In this document: positions 10,071 through 20,113 of the stretch, piece after piece
Position numbering within the stretch: position 1 is the stretch's first letter
How the letters are laid out: each line of letters starts with the position of its first letter
Notes under the pieces: generated by a model
Seen by the model: the letters and a program-made list of their open reading frames with translations, nothing else
Told to the model about the DNA's origin: nothing
Databases searched by the model: none
Assembly (NCBI GenBank): GCA_964635905.1
Contig: CAZWPK010000005.1
Span: 4,695 to 68,694 of the forward strand
DNA length: 64,000 nucleotides
Reading direction: 5' to 3'
From: an uncultured Pseudomonadales bacterium
GTDB taxonomy: Bacteria; Patescibacteriota; Microgenomatia; UBA1400; UBA12028
Program-made: the position numbers and the translations under genes

Positions 10071-11599
10071 TTTTTTTCAAGCACACAAGCAGCATAGTTC
10101 TGATAGACCGTTGAAAACTGTTCCAGCAGTTCTTCGGGGATCAGTCGACATGTTTGCAAATCAAGCACGAGCAACCCCGACTCTATGGGGAATTCAATCT
10201 CGGGATTAAACATCGTAATCAACGGAGTGAGTTTTGTTTGCTCTTCACGAATGGCTTTGAAAAAATGGGCAGTTGCGTAGGTGCCGGGATACAACTTTTC
10301 CGATACATAGATCGAACTGGATTGTTGCAGTGCATAGTCTAATGCTTGTACGGTCCCTTCATCAAACCAGACTGCAGAACTTCCCACATAGTGCGTTGTA
10401 TACTGCCGTAGCCACAGGGAGGACTGGGTCATCATCCCCACGGCACAGATTACAAGCAAGATTTTTCCGAACCTTGTACGGGATAACTCCAATACTCCTT
10501 TACTCGCTAACAGCAACGCAAAAACAACCAGACTCGAACTCCGAAGTGCATGAGGGGATTGAATGGTTAGAGCTGACGGAATGGGAGAAAGAAACAGTCC
10601 ACCAAGCACCCAAAGATAAAACCGTTGCGACGTGCCTTCTAGAGTGTAGTACAAACCAGCCAGGATGAACGGAATCGTAGCGATTAAAAATAATCCCGAT
10701 GAAGAGTGGCGCAAATTTCCGTCACCCTTCTCCAGCAAAAAAGCCGGCGAAAAGTGCTGGGCATAGTGGCGAACTGCTGTGGTGATGAATTCTTGCGGCG
10801 AAGTGGTGTAATTTGACAATCCGACCACCGAATACCGAGCCAATAGTGCTCCCTGATTTGCACTCTCCCACCCTATCGCGGGAAGTATGCCCACTCCAAA
10901 AATTGCAAGCGCGATAGACAGATTTGACAGTTTACTTTTGCCAAGTCGTAAGCCAAGACCAAGGATTAGAAGGATTGGCGCCAGCATCCGTCCGGATGTG
11001 TAGGCATAAAAAACTCCAATCAACGCACCACTAAACAGGTAATGCCAACCATAGACAATCCATGGTTTTTCTCCCTCGTGGACGGTTTTGTGCACAATTT
11101 TCCAGTAGGCAAACGCAGCAACCATCAAAAAGAATGGATAGGAAGCGACCTCAAATGCGACTCGAGATAATTGCAAGAGCCAGGGATTTGTGAGAACCAT
11201 CCCCACACATAACAGCCACAATCCCTTGCTTACTTTTTGACTTTTCATCCAGAATGAAAACATGCCTACCGTTGCCAGTCCCCAAATGGCAGCAGTTAAC
11301 CGCAGCGATTCTATCGAGGTTCCAAATATCTTAAACAGTGGCACGACAGAATAGACAAATAACCCATTTTTGTAATCTCCAAAGGCTTTAAAGTACAGAG
11401 GGTATGCGACACCATGTTCATCCACTCCCTTGGTGAGAATGGTATAGGCATTCAAGCCAATCGATGATTCATCAACAAATATCCCTTGGGGGTAGTGTGT
11501 CAATGCAGTCAACCGGAATAAAAAAAAGATAGCAAACCACCCGATGACAATCACGGGCCAAATGGAAAGGAGACGCAAAAAACTTTTGTGCATACACAC
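10067..11599 (-). CDS. GT-C (ArnT/PMT_2-like) polytopic glycosyltransferase
   Basis: VDE motif after TM1, GVDEHG..YPLYF..FGDYK, SR..FE; many TM helices. Confidence 0.85.
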   Translation of the reverse strand: MCMHKSFLRLLSIWPVIVIGWFAIFFLFRLTALTHYPQGIFVDESSIGLNAYTILTKGVDEHGVAYPLYFKAFGDYKNGLFVYSVVPLFKIFGTSIESLRLTAAIWGLATVGMFSFWMKSQKVSKGLWLLCVGMVLTNPWLLQLSRVAFEVASYPFFLMVAAFAYWKIVHKTVHEGEKPWIVYGWHYLFSGALIGVFYAYTSGRMLAPILLILGLGLRLGKSKLSNLSIALAIFGVGILPAIGWESANQGALLARYSVVGLSNYTTSPQEFITTAVRHYAQHFSPAFLLEKGDGNLRHSSSGLFLIATIPFILAGLYYTLEGTSQRFYLWVLGGLFLSPIPSALTIQSPHALRSSSLVVFALLLASKGVLELSRTRFGKILLVICAVGMMTQSSLWLRQYTTHYVGSSAVWFDEGTVQALDYALQQSSSIYVSEKLYPGTYATAHFFKAIREEQTKLTPLITMFNPEIEFPIESGLLVLDLQTCRLIPEELLEQFSTVYQNYAACVLEKN

Positions 11600-13206
11600 T
11601 ATTGTAGGCGATAAATCGTTCCAGCGTTATTCGTGAACACCGGCACAAGTGCGGATGGAATCGACGCTACTCCTGTTCCAGAGGGAATATAGACGAAGCT
11701 TGCCTGATAACGCGCTGCAACCACATCCAAAGCTTGCATACCTTGATAGGCCTCTTTGATATCGCGCTCTCTTTCGGCATAGGGCAATCCATAACTAAAC
11801 GCCCAACCGGGATACCCTAAGGTCACGGACCTTCCTGCAATCATACTGATGGGATTGGTAACGGTTGCTGGTGTTAAAACCGATGCACTGGGTGGAATCA
11901 GTTGTCGACCTATTACCCCCAATTGAATCTCATCGGAAGATAACATTTGAAACGTTTTCTTTTCACTATTTAAATTATGTAACAGGTCCAGCGCCCCCGA
12001 AAATATCAGCACCATGACGAGTAGAGCTGCAACGAGTTTCCCTACAATGCTTGACCGATACACGGAAGCAAGAACTGTCACAACTGGAATCGTTAAACCC
12101 ACATACACCCAGGCAAATAGTTTTGTATTGTCCCAAATCTGGGGCTGAAACTGCACCAGATTTCCGAGAATAAAAAGTGCCCAAAAAAAACTAACAAAGT
12201 AAAAAAGCTGTCGAGAACGTTTCGATCGTAGCTGCCAGGTTCCCAGCAGCGAGACACCCAAAAACAAACCCCAATTTTTCAGCCAAAACCACAGCCAGGC
12301 GAACACTCCATCACGAACATACCAACCGGGAACGATGGAGAAAAACGACGACGTTGAGACTCCCTCTTTCAAAAAGATACGATAGAGCACCAAAGAAAGG
12401 ATGGCTGCAGGAATGGCAAAGAAGAGCCATCGCTTCCAGGAAGACAACGACGCGATCCCAATCCACAACGATGCAAACACAATCACGAGATACGTATGCG
12501 TATGGATGATAGGAAGCAAGCCTGCAAGCAATCCCATTCCCACGTAGTGAAGTCGTGAAAATGAGACATCTTTTTTCATCATTAAAAACTGCTTGTACAA
12601 AAACTGCAACAACATTAACCCAAGCGGTAGACCAAACAAAAAGGCTCGCTGAGGGATCAGCATGGATGCAACCAGTGTATTCACTTCAATTGAGAGAGAC
12701 GGAACTTGGGTGAGAGTCACAGTAGGATCTCCCAAAACGGCAACCCCTTTTTCTTTTAGTACTAAGAACGCACCAATTCCCCCGCTACACAGGAGGATCG
12801 TTGACGCCAGACAGGCAGCACGTGCCGAATGCAAAAAGGTTGTAAAGAAGTGATAGAGAACCACCAGCGTGATCATCGTGACAAGAATTGACGGAAGCAC
12901 AAAGGAAAATGGATACGAAAACCCAACACGCAACAGCAGTCCAGAAATCAAATTACTCACAAAGGGATACGTCACCGGTGCCCCGGAATAAACGGGAAGC
13001 GAGTCAAGCCAATGTGGCACGGGCCGATAGGCAAAGTTGGCGGCTAGAGCCAAATGCATCGACCAATCCGCCCAGACATAGGGATGGCCAGCAAAGAGCC
13101 CCGAAGGTCGAATAACGAGCATGCGAAACCAGAGAATCGAAAAATAGAGTCCCCAAGGAAGATAAAACCCAAAGAATGGCAGGAGTGATCGAATCTTGTT
13201 CTTCAT
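11599..13206 (-). CDS. GT-C-like polytopic membrane protein (putative glycosyltransferase)
   Basis: WADWSMH loop after TM1, YPF, PQRAFL, WDNTK; about 12 TM helices; 1-nt overlap with the downstream gene. Confidence 0.7.
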   Translation of the reverse strand: MKNKIRSLLPFFGFYLPWGLYFSILWFRMLVIRPSGLFAGHPYVWADWSMHLALAANFAYRPVPHWLDSLPVYSGAPVTYPFVSNLISGLLLRVGFSYPFSFVLPSILVTMITLVVLYHFFTTFLHSARAACLASTILLCSGGIGAFLVLKEKGVAVLGDPTVTLTQVPSLSIEVNTLVASMLIPQRAFLFGLPLGLMLLQFLYKQFLMMKKDVSFSRLHYVGMGLLAGLLPIIHTHTYLVIVFASLWIGIASLSSWKRWLFFAIPAAILSLVLYRIFLKEGVSTSSFFSIVPGWYVRDGVFAWLWFWLKNWGLFLGVSLLGTWQLRSKRSRQLFYFVSFFWALFILGNLVQFQPQIWDNTKLFAWVYVGLTIPVVTVLASVYRSSIVGKLVAALLVMVLIFSGALDLLHNLNSEKKTFQMLSSDEIQLGVIGRQLIPPSASVLTPATVTNPISMIAGRSVTLGYPGWAFSYGLPYAERERDIKEAYQGMQALDVVAARYQASFVYIPSGTGVASIPSALVPVFTNNAGTIYRLQ

Positions 13207-13255
13207 AGTAGGTCAAGTCTACACAGCCATCAAATTGGCAGGTACAATACCTATT

Positions 13256-14764
13256 GTGTTGCATTCAGTATTTCAAACCAAAAAAGCCTTCGCAATCCTC
13301 TTCGGTGTCATTTTGATGTTTGCTGCCATCACCCGGTTTGTTCGTTTGTCGGAGCCTAGTGGGTACTACTTTGATGAAGTGTATCACGCAGTCACGAGCA
13401 AGCTCATTGCCCGCAACGACCCTCGTGCCTATGAATGGTGGAATGAACCACCGGAAGCAAATACGGCAGTCGATTGGTTACATCCTCCGTTAGCCAAATA
13501 CACCCAGGCAGCCTCCATGCTCCTGTTTGGAGAGAATTCCTTTGGCTGGCGTTTTAGTTCGGCCGTCTTTGGAGTATTCGTGGTGGCAATGACTGGAGTG
13601 TTGGCGCACGTCGCATTCCGGCGCAAAGCAATCACGCTGTTGGCAACCGGCTTTATTGCCTTGGATGGATTAATTCTGGCGCAGTCAAGAATTGCCATGA
13701 ATGATATCCATGTAACCTTCTTTATTTTGGCAACTGCTGCTGCCTATCTGTGGTATCGAAAATCACCCCCGAATCCCAAAAAGACACTTCTGCGCCTGAC
13801 GGGAATTGGGATCTTGGCGGGACTTGCCATGAGTAGCAAATGGTCGGGAGTCTTTGTCTTAGGTCCGATCTATCTGTTTGAAGGACTATGGGTTCTGGCA
13901 AACTCTAAAGGCGCATTGGACAAGATCTTCAAAGAAACCTTACGTCGGGGTGTTCCACTCCTAGTAGTCCCCCTCCTTGTGTATGTCTTGTCCTATTCCC
14001 ACATGTTTTTGCAAGGAAAAACACTCGTCTGCCAAGGGGATCAAATCATTCAAGGTCAGTGTAGCTGCAGTAACACGCAAAGCTTTTGGGTCAGTCAGCT
14101 ACAGACACTGTTCCCGTCAGAGCGCGAGCGTTTTGCAGCCTTTGAAGCACGCGGTGGTTGTGCGCGCTTAATCTCTCATTTCTCCGAATTGCATCATCAA
14201 ATTTGGTGGTATCAAACCAATCTAAAAGCCACACATCCCTATCAGTCGCGTCCGTACCAATGGGCGTTTGACCTTCGACCAGTATGGATGCATGTGGACT
14301 ACACAAATCCACAGGCTACGGGGAATATTTACAACAGTGGCAACCCCATCTTATTTTGGTCAGGGATGCTTGCAGCTGGATTGTTGGCAACCTTATTGCT
14401 CAATAAAATCTTAAAAAATACCAGCACATTTCTTTTTTCTGGCGTCAAAAAGAAGTACCTTTCTATTCCTCTTGAACAAGCCTTCCTACTCACGCTATAC
14501 GCTATCGTCTGGATGCCCTGGATGCTTTCTCCCCGTATCATGTTCTTTTATCACTATGCTCCTGCGGTCCCAATCCTGGCAATTCTACTTGCCTACAGTC
14601 TGATTCGACTTTCAAAGAGCTCCGCAATGGGAAAACTTGCCGTCGTGATCATTTCTGGGGTAATGCTCCTCTTCTTTGTGGGTCTATTCCCTCTCTGGAC
14701 TGGTATCCAGATGCCGTCATCCTATACCCAAGCAGTCTTCACCCTGTTCCCAAGTTGGAAATAA
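13256..14764 (+). CDS. Protein O-mannosyltransferase (GT39/PMT)
   Basis: YFDEVY, HPPLAK, GWR, QSRIAMND, KWSG, HPYQS, GNP, FFYHYAP; GTG start 7 nt after TACAAT. Confidence 0.9.
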   Translation: MLHSVFQTKKAFAILFGVILMFAAITRFVRLSEPSGYYFDEVYHAVTSKLIARNDPRAYEWWNEPPEANTAVDWLHPPLAKYTQAASMLLFGENSFGWRFSSAVFGVFVVAMTGVLAHVAFRRKAITLLATGFIALDGLILAQSRIAMNDIHVTFFILATAAAYLWYRKSPPNPKKTLLRLTGIGILAGLAMSSKWSGVFVLGPIYLFEGLWVLANSKGALDKIFKETLRRGVPLLVVPLLVYVLSYSHMFLQGKTLVCQGDQIIQGQCSCSNTQSFWVSQLQTLFPSERERFAAFEARGGCARLISHFSELHHQIWWYQTNLKATHPYQSRPYQWAFDLRPVWMHVDYTNPQATGNIYNSGNPILFWSGMLAAGLLATLLLNKILKNTSTFLFSGVKKKYLSIPLEQAFLLTLYAIVWMPWMLSPRIMFFYHYAPAVPILAILLAYSLIRLSKSSAMGKLAVVIISGVMLLFFVGLFPLWTGIQMPSSYTQAVFTLFPSWK

Positions 14765-14804
14765 CTAGATGTACCGCGGTTTGAAAAAACCGGTCTACTC
14801 TGGT

Positions 14805-14848
14805 ATACTTTGTCCTCTTCTGGTATCAAAGCCAGTCGGAAAGGAACT
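14805..14848 (+). promoter_or_regulatory. rpmE promoter and SD-sequestering leader hairpin
   Basis: TATACT -10, then TCCT..CTGGT-atcaaa-GCCAG..AGGA enclosing the SD. Confidence 0.45.
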
Positions 14849-15190
14849 ATGAAAGCTGCAATTCACCCAAAATGGAATCATCAAGCAACCGTTACTTGTG
14901 CTTGTGGAAACACCTTCACAACCGGTTCAACACAGGATGAAATCAGAGTAGATATTTGTTCTGCCTGTCATCCCTTCTATACCGGACAGATGAAGTTTGT
15001 GGATACACAAGGACGCGTCGATCGCTTTATCAAGTCACGAGCTGCTGCTCAAGCTGCAGGCGTCGGCAAGAAAAAAGTTGACAGTAAAAAGGATGTTAAA
15101 GCTGAAGCACTGTCCTTAAAAGATATGCTTGCGCAAGAAAAAGCAAAATTGACGGAAATTGAAAAAGACGTCAAACAAACCCAAGCTTAA
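14849..15190 (+). CDS. rpmE: 50S ribosomal protein L31 (Zn-ribbon type) with long C-terminal extension
   Basis: [27 protein letters not shown]; AAGGA SD. Confidence 0.97.
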   Translation: MKAAIHPKWNHQATVTCACGNTFTTGSTQDEIRVDICSACHPFYTGQMKFVDTQGRVDRFIKSRAAAQAAGVGKKKVDSKKDVKAEALSLKDMLAQEKAKLTEIEKDVKQTQA

Positions 15191-15204
15191 CTGAAAATAA
15201 ATAG

Positions 15205-15244
15205 AAACCCGGTGCATTGATTTAGTCAACGCATCGGGTTTTTT
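15205..15244 (+). terminator. Intrinsic terminator after rpmE
   Basis: AAACCCGGTGC...GCATCGGGTTT stem followed by T tract. Confidence 0.8.
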
Positions 15245-15272
15245 GTAGCATACGCTATGATAGAGAGAGACT

Positions 15273-16193
15273 ATGGACTACTTGGACACTCAAATTCAAC
15301 AACTTGACCAACAAATTGCCGATAACACGGCTCTGTTGTCGGATCCAGAATTAGGAGAGCTGGCAAAGCTGGAGATCGAAAAACTTCAAGAACAGCGCTC
15401 GATTTTGCAGTCGTCCATCGATCACGTCCATAAATCCATGGAAAAAGCTGCCACTGTGTCTACCTATGACAACTGTATTATTGAAATCCGACCAGGAGCT
15501 GGTGGAGATGAAGCCAAGTTGTGGGCATCCGAATTACTACGCATGTACACACGGTTTGCGGAACTCAAGAAATTCAAAATTGAATCAATCGAAGAAGATG
15601 TTGTAAAGATTATTGGCAAGGGTGCCTATGATCTCTTTTCCTATGAATCCGGTGTCCACCGCGTTCAGCGTGTCCCCGCCACCGAAGCCCAAGGTAGGGT
15701 CCATACCTCAACGGCATCCGTTGCGGTTATTCCCGAATTACCAGATTCAGCTATTTCGATCCGTGAAGAAGAATTAGACTGGCAGTTTACTAGAGCTGGT
15801 GGGCATGGAGGACAAAACGTGAACAAAGTCTCCACTGCCGTACGCTTGACGCATAAACCATCGGGAATCGTCATTTCTGCCCGAACCGAGCGGTATCAAG
15901 CACAAAATCGTCAGATTGCCTTGGAACTACTCCGTGGAAAGTTGTGGGAGATTGAAGAACAAAAACGTACCCGAGAAATTGGGACTGCACGTCAAGCCAT
16001 CGGCCGAGCTATGCGCGCGGAAAAAATTCGCACATACAACTTTCCGCAGAATCGCGTCACCGATCACCGTATTCATGAGTCCTGGTACGATTTAGAAAAC
16101 ATTGTGAATGGCTACATGGGCGCGGTGGTATCCGCTCTCCATGATGAAAAGAATTGGGAAAAAGAGACTGCTGAAGAGGATGATGAGAGTTAA
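15273..16193 (+). CDS. prfA: Peptide chain release factor 1 (short domain 1)
   Basis: [14 protein letters not shown] (PxT), [20 protein letters not shown]. Confidence 0.96.
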   Translation: MDYLDTQIQQLDQQIADNTALLSDPELGELAKLEIEKLQEQRSILQSSIDHVHKSMEKAATVSTYDNCIIEIRPGAGGDEAKLWASELLRMYTRFAELKKFKIESIEEDVVKIIGKGAYDLFSYESGVHRVQRVPATEAQGRVHTSTASVAVIPELPDSAISIREEELDWQFTRAGGHGGQNVNKVSTAVRLTHKPSGIVISARTERYQAQNRQIALELLRGKLWEIEEQKRTREIGTARQAIGRAMRAEKIRTYNFPQNRVTDHRIHESWYDLENIVNGYMGAVVSALHDEKNWEKETAEEDDES

Positions 16194-16198
16194 GACTC

Positions 16199-17389
16199 TT
16201 ATTCTCCGCTTTCTTCTAACGTAATCGTCACCGACTTGCGTTCTCCATTACGGATATAATCGACCACGACTTTATCCCCAACTTTGTATTTGGTTAACAA
16301 TTTTGCAATCGATGTGTCATCATCCCCGGTACTTGTCGTCAAATCCGTTCCACCAAATTTTGTCAGGATATCTCCTGCTTCCAATTGTGCTTTCTCTGCA
16401 GGGGAACCTGGGACAACTTCCATAATGTACATACCTGCTGGGACATCATTGAGCAATGCGGTCTGTTTCGGAATGGCTCGATACCGTACTCCAATAAAGG
16501 GGCGCGAAAAACTTCCAGTTTGGCGGAAACTTTCCAGAGAGGTTTTCACCACATTGATCGGAATGGCAAAACCAATATTATTAGCGCCAGCGGCCACAGC
16601 AACATTGACTCCGATCACTTGACCTTGAGAGTTTAATAACGGGCCACCGGAGTTTCCAGGGTTAATGGCTGCATCCGTCTGAATGACATTGTCTAAGCGC
16701 TCCGCAAAACCTCCAAAAGAATCACCTGCCGTGATGCCTCTTCCCAGTCCAGAGATCACTCCTGTCGTGACCGTATGCCGAAATTCACCTAGAGCGGTTC
16801 CAATTGCAATCACAAATTGTCCCACTTTGAGTTGATCAGAATCTCCCAGCTCGACGGGCGGCAATACTGCTTCCACTTTCAAAATTGCCAAATCATTGGC
16901 TGGATCACGGTAAATACGTTCAACCTCATACTCTTTATTATCTTTGGTGATGATGCGATATTTTGCGTCGGTATCGGAAACCACATGTTTGTTCGTGACA
17001 ATCAGGCCACTACTGTCGATCACAAACCCGGAACCGATATCCTGTTGAATGGGCTCGACTTGCGTACGCGGTTGTGAAGGAAGTTGCATTCCGAACATGC
17101 CAAATGGGTCAAGCCCAAAAAAAGGATTACTCCCACTACTTCGTTGCTCTTTGGTAATCGAAACGGTCAATACGCTGGTGGACATTTTTTCTGCCACATC
17201 GATGACGACCGATTGCTCCTGGACTAAGCGAGTCGAACTCTGCGGACTGACCGATGATGAACTTGTGGACACTCTGGAAGTAAGAACGTCTAGAGGACGA
17301 AAGACGAACAAACGATCTGCAAGGGCTCCTCCAAGAGCGGAGATTGCAAACAAAAGAAAAAGTGTAAACGGTACAAGTATTTTTCGCAT
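16199..17389 (-). CDS. htrA: HtrA/DegP serine protease with one PDZ domain
   Basis: GSGF, TNKHV, DLAILK, TDAAINPGNSGGP; N-terminal TM. Confidence 0.95.
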   Translation of the reverse strand: MRKILVPFTLFLLFAISALGGALADRLFVFRPLDVLTSRVSTSSSSVSPQSSTRLVQEQSVVIDVAEKMSTSVLTVSITKEQRSSGSNPFFGLDPFGMFGMQLPSQPRTQVEPIQQDIGSGFVIDSSGLIVTNKHVVSDTDAKYRIITKDNKEYEVERIYRDPANDLAILKVEAVLPPVELGDSDQLKVGQFVIAIGTALGEFRHTVTTGVISGLGRGITAGDSFGGFAERLDNVIQTDAAINPGNSGGPLLNSQGQVIGVNVAVAAGANNIGFAIPINVVKTSLESFRQTGSFSRPFIGVRYRAIPKQTALLNDVPAGMYIMEVVPGSPAEKAQLEAGDILTKFGGTDLTTSTGDDDTSIAKLLTKYKVGDKVVVDYIRNGERKSVTITLEESGE

Positions 17390-17485
17390 AGATCGTTTAA
17401 GTTTAAAACCTTGGCAACGAACAAACGAGTTGTCCTTGTCATTTCTAGTACTGTTGTAACGAATCAATCTGAAGTTTAGCTTAAA

Positions 17486-18751
17486 TTATTTTAACAGTTC
17501 TTCAACCGCTTTATCCAATTGTGGATCTTTATTCTGTTCAAGATTTTGACGAATTTGGTCGGCAGTTAATACCACTTCTACATCTGGCTTTAAGCCTTTC
17601 TCATGAATCCAATCACCACCAGGCAACACCCATTTAGCTACTGTAACGTGCAGACCTGATCCACCGTCTAATTCGACAGCGTCTTGAACGGTTCCTTTTC
17701 CAAAACTGTTCTCACCAACTAAGACTGCTTTGCGTCGATCACGAAGCGCTCCCGAGACAATCTCGGAGGCACTCGCACTTCCCTTGTTCAAGAGTACGAC
17801 TACTTTTGTCTCGGTGAGTCGTCCTTTTCGATTGGAGTAATACGGAATTTTCTCAAAGCGTCCTTCTTGCGTGACAATCAAGCCATCAGCAATAAACTCA
17901 CTGGAAATGGACACGGCTTCCTGCAAATATCCACCGGGGTTATTGCGCACGTCTAACACTACACCAGCAACGGAGGGATCTTGCACGATGGTATCAACCG
18001 TTTCTTTCCATTCTTGTCCGGTTCTACCACCGAACTGAGAAAGGCGGATATGTGCGATTTTCTTGCCCTCTTTTTCCACCATGGTTAGTTCCACGGAGGG
18101 AACGACGATTTTTTCTCGCTTCAGTGTCTTTTCGAAGGGCTGTCCCCCTTCACGTAAAAATGTCAGGGTGACTTCCGATCCAGAGGGTCCACGAATGTAG
18201 GACACTGCTTCTGGCAAAGCCATTCCTGAAGTTTCTTTATCAATCGATTTCTGTTTGTCCACGATGCGAAGAATATAGTCTCCGGCCAAGATTCCGGCTT
18301 TTTCTGCAGGTAGTCCCTTTAAGGGAGCAATGACCGCGACGGTTTGGTTTTTGTAGCCCAGCTGAATACCTACGCCATCAAATTCACCATTTAAATCTGC
18401 CTGCGCCCGTTCTTGATCTTCTTTGGGAAGATACATGGTGTAGGGGTCTCCCAGTGCAGAGGTCATTCCGGCAATTGCCCCATCCACCATTTTTCTGGTG
18501 TTTAGTTTCTCGGGGTCAACGTACTGTCGTTCCAGACGCTGCCAGACATCCCAAAATTGAGAAAAATCGACATCTTGGTACTCTGCGGGAGTTGCGGTGT
18601 TCAACAGCTTGGTTGATGGAAGTGCGGCTAAAGCATTCGAAAAAAGTGGAATGGACTGTCCCATCGCAAGTCGAAAGCCAATCACTCCTCCTAAAATAAT
18701 TAATAGGAGTGACACAATAATCGATCGTACTGTCTTGAGAGGCGTAGACAT
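17486..18751 (-). CDS. ctpA: S41 carboxy-terminal processing protease
   Basis: DPYT, GVG, DVRNNPGG, SASASEI, SFGKGTVQ. Confidence 0.95.
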   Translation of the reverse strand: MSTPLKTVRSIIVSLLLIILGGVIGFRLAMGQSIPLFSNALAALPSTKLLNTATPAEYQDVDFSQFWDVWQRLERQYVDPEKLNTRKMVDGAIAGMTSALGDPYTMYLPKEDQERAQADLNGEFDGVGIQLGYKNQTVAVIAPLKGLPAEKAGILAGDYILRIVDKQKSIDKETSGMALPEAVSYIRGPSGSEVTLTFLREGGQPFEKTLKREKIVVPSVELTMVEKEGKKIAHIRLSQFGGRTGQEWKETVDTIVQDPSVAGVVLDVRNNPGGYLQEAVSISSEFIADGLIVTQEGRFEKIPYYSNRKGRLTETKVVVLLNKGSASASEIVSGALRDRRKAVLVGENSFGKGTVQDAVELDGGSGLHVTVAKWVLPGGDWIHEKGLKPDVEVVLTADQIRQNLEQNKDPQLDKAVEELLK

Positions 18752-18807
18752 GAGTTCCAAGTTTACCACACTTTAGACAAGATCAACCACAACAGAGTTT
18801 GGGTTCT

Positions 18808-19038
18808 TTAGAGAGTGGTTACGAACGGTAGCAAGGCAACGTAACGTGCGCGTTTGACGGCAACTGAGAGTTCGCGTTGTTTCTTGTTGGACAACCCCGT
18901 GCGTTCTCGGGACAGTAATGTTCCGGATTCCCCGACAAATCGGGAAAGGGTTGCCACATCTTTGTAACTAAATGAAATCTTTTCTCCCTTACGCATAATT
19001 GCTTTAGGGGTTGGTTTTCGTACTGGTTTTTTCATCAT
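18808..19038 (-). CDS. rpsR: 30S ribosomal protein S18
   Basis: YKD..L..F, RTG...K.QR....AVKRAR..ALLPF; rpsF-ssb-rpsR synteny. Confidence 0.97.
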   Translation of the reverse strand: MMKKPVRKPTPKAIMRKGEKISFSYKDVATLSRFVGESGTLLSRERTGLSNKKQRELSVAVKRARYVALLPFVTTL

Positions 19039-19063
19039 AGGATTTGTTCCTTAGTATTCTAAA

Positions 19064-19540
19064 TTAAAATGGGATGTCATCACTGACATCATCGGCGGTT
19101 ACGGGAGCCGCGGGTGCAGCATGAGTGTTTACTTCCGCTTCAGGATAGGCATAGTCAGAAGAGGATGCTCCTCCGGCTGCTGCCCCATCGCGACCTGCGG
19201 AGGGACTTAAAATAATGACTTGATCTGCCACAATTTCAACTGTTTCGCGTTCCTGACCTTCTTTGGTGGTCCATTTGCGGTTCTGGAGTCGTCCTTGCAC
19301 ATAGGCTTTACTGCCCTTTTTGAGCATTTGACCACAAATTTCGGCTAATTTCCCCCATACCACGATACGGTGGTAGGTGGTTTCTTCTTGACGCTGTCCT
19401 CCGCCATCCCCAGATGTCCAGCTGCGGTTGGTCGCTAAACCAATCGTACAGACGGCACTACCATTCGGGGTATATCGAAGTTCAGGATCTCGAGTCAAAT
19501 TTCCAATCAGTTGAACCAAATTCAGGGAGCGTGCAGACAT
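19064..19540 (-). CDS. ssb: Single-stranded DNA-binding protein
   Basis: LIGNLTRDPELRYTP; C-terminal DDIPF. Confidence 0.98.
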   Translation of the reverse strand: MSARSLNLVQLIGNLTRDPELRYTPNGSAVCTIGLATNRSWTSGDGGGQRQEETTYHRIVVWGKLAEICGQMLKKGSKAYVQGRLQNRKWTTKEGQERETVEIVADQVIILSPSAGRDGAAAGGASSSDYAYPEAEVNTHAAPAAPVTADDVSDDIPF

Positions 19541-19555
19541 ACGGTCATTCCTTTC

Positions 19556-19906
19556 CTATTCACTATCCTTCACCTTTTCATCTATCGTATCAGTTTTTGT
19601 TGCGACAATGACTTCGTTTTTCTCTTTAATAATAAATAATTCTCGTAAAACGTCATCCATCAAGCGAATGTCGCGCTCAAATGCTTGAGCCACCAAAGTA
19701 TCCAATTCCAAATCAAAGAGCACATAAAAAGCTTCATTTTGCTTCTTAATCAGGTAAGCCAGTTGGCGTTTTCCTAACGATTCACTGTTAAGAACCTTAC
19801 CGCCTCTGGTTTCCACGTGCTTGGAAATTTGAGTAATGGTCGCCTTTAATTGCTCTGGCGAGAAGTTTGATGGTACTAACACCATCAGTTCGTACTGTTT
19901 GACCAT
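19556..19906 (-). CDS. rpsF: 30S ribosomal protein S6
   Basis: QYELMV, GKRQLAYLIKK, VLR; GAAAGGA SD before ATG at 19906. Confidence 0.96.
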   Translation of the reverse strand: MVKQYELMVLVPSNFSPEQLKATITQISKHVETRGGKVLNSESLGKRQLAYLIKKQNEAFYVLFDLELDTLVAQAFERDIRLMDDVLRELFIIKEKNEVIVATKTDTIDEKVKDSE

Positions 19907-19914
19907 AAGGTCTT

Positions 19915-19993
19915 TCCTTTCTACACTGTTCAAGCCGTAAAGGGATAGGATCATCAACCGGTAGGTTAATGAGGCGTGAACTCCCATAGTATA
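19915..19993 (-). promoter_or_regulatory. rpsF leader: S6:S18-binding-type riboregulator plus upstream hairpin and -10 box
   Basis: Minus strand TCCT-ATCCC-TTTACGGCT-TGAAC-AGTGTAGA-A-AGGA: SD-containing helix, CCC internal loop, second helix; TCATTAACC/GGTTGATGA hairpin; TATACT at 19988-19993. Confidence 0.7.
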
Positions 19994-20113
19994 CCAGAGG
20001 AGAAAACAAATTTCCAGACGGTTTCGTCCTCTTTTTACTCGAGAAATATGGATTGACACACCTAGTCATCCTTTGTATGCTTCCAAACGGTATTGGTATT
20101 GATGTCACTTGGT

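Noticed and set aside
19945-19990. Fluoride-riboswitch look-alike (GGGAGTTC...AACC...GTTGATGA.CCTA) in the rpsF leader
   Set aside because: Lacks the GGnGATGG 5' core and pseudoknot; the downstream gene is rpsF and the segment folds as a simple hairpin
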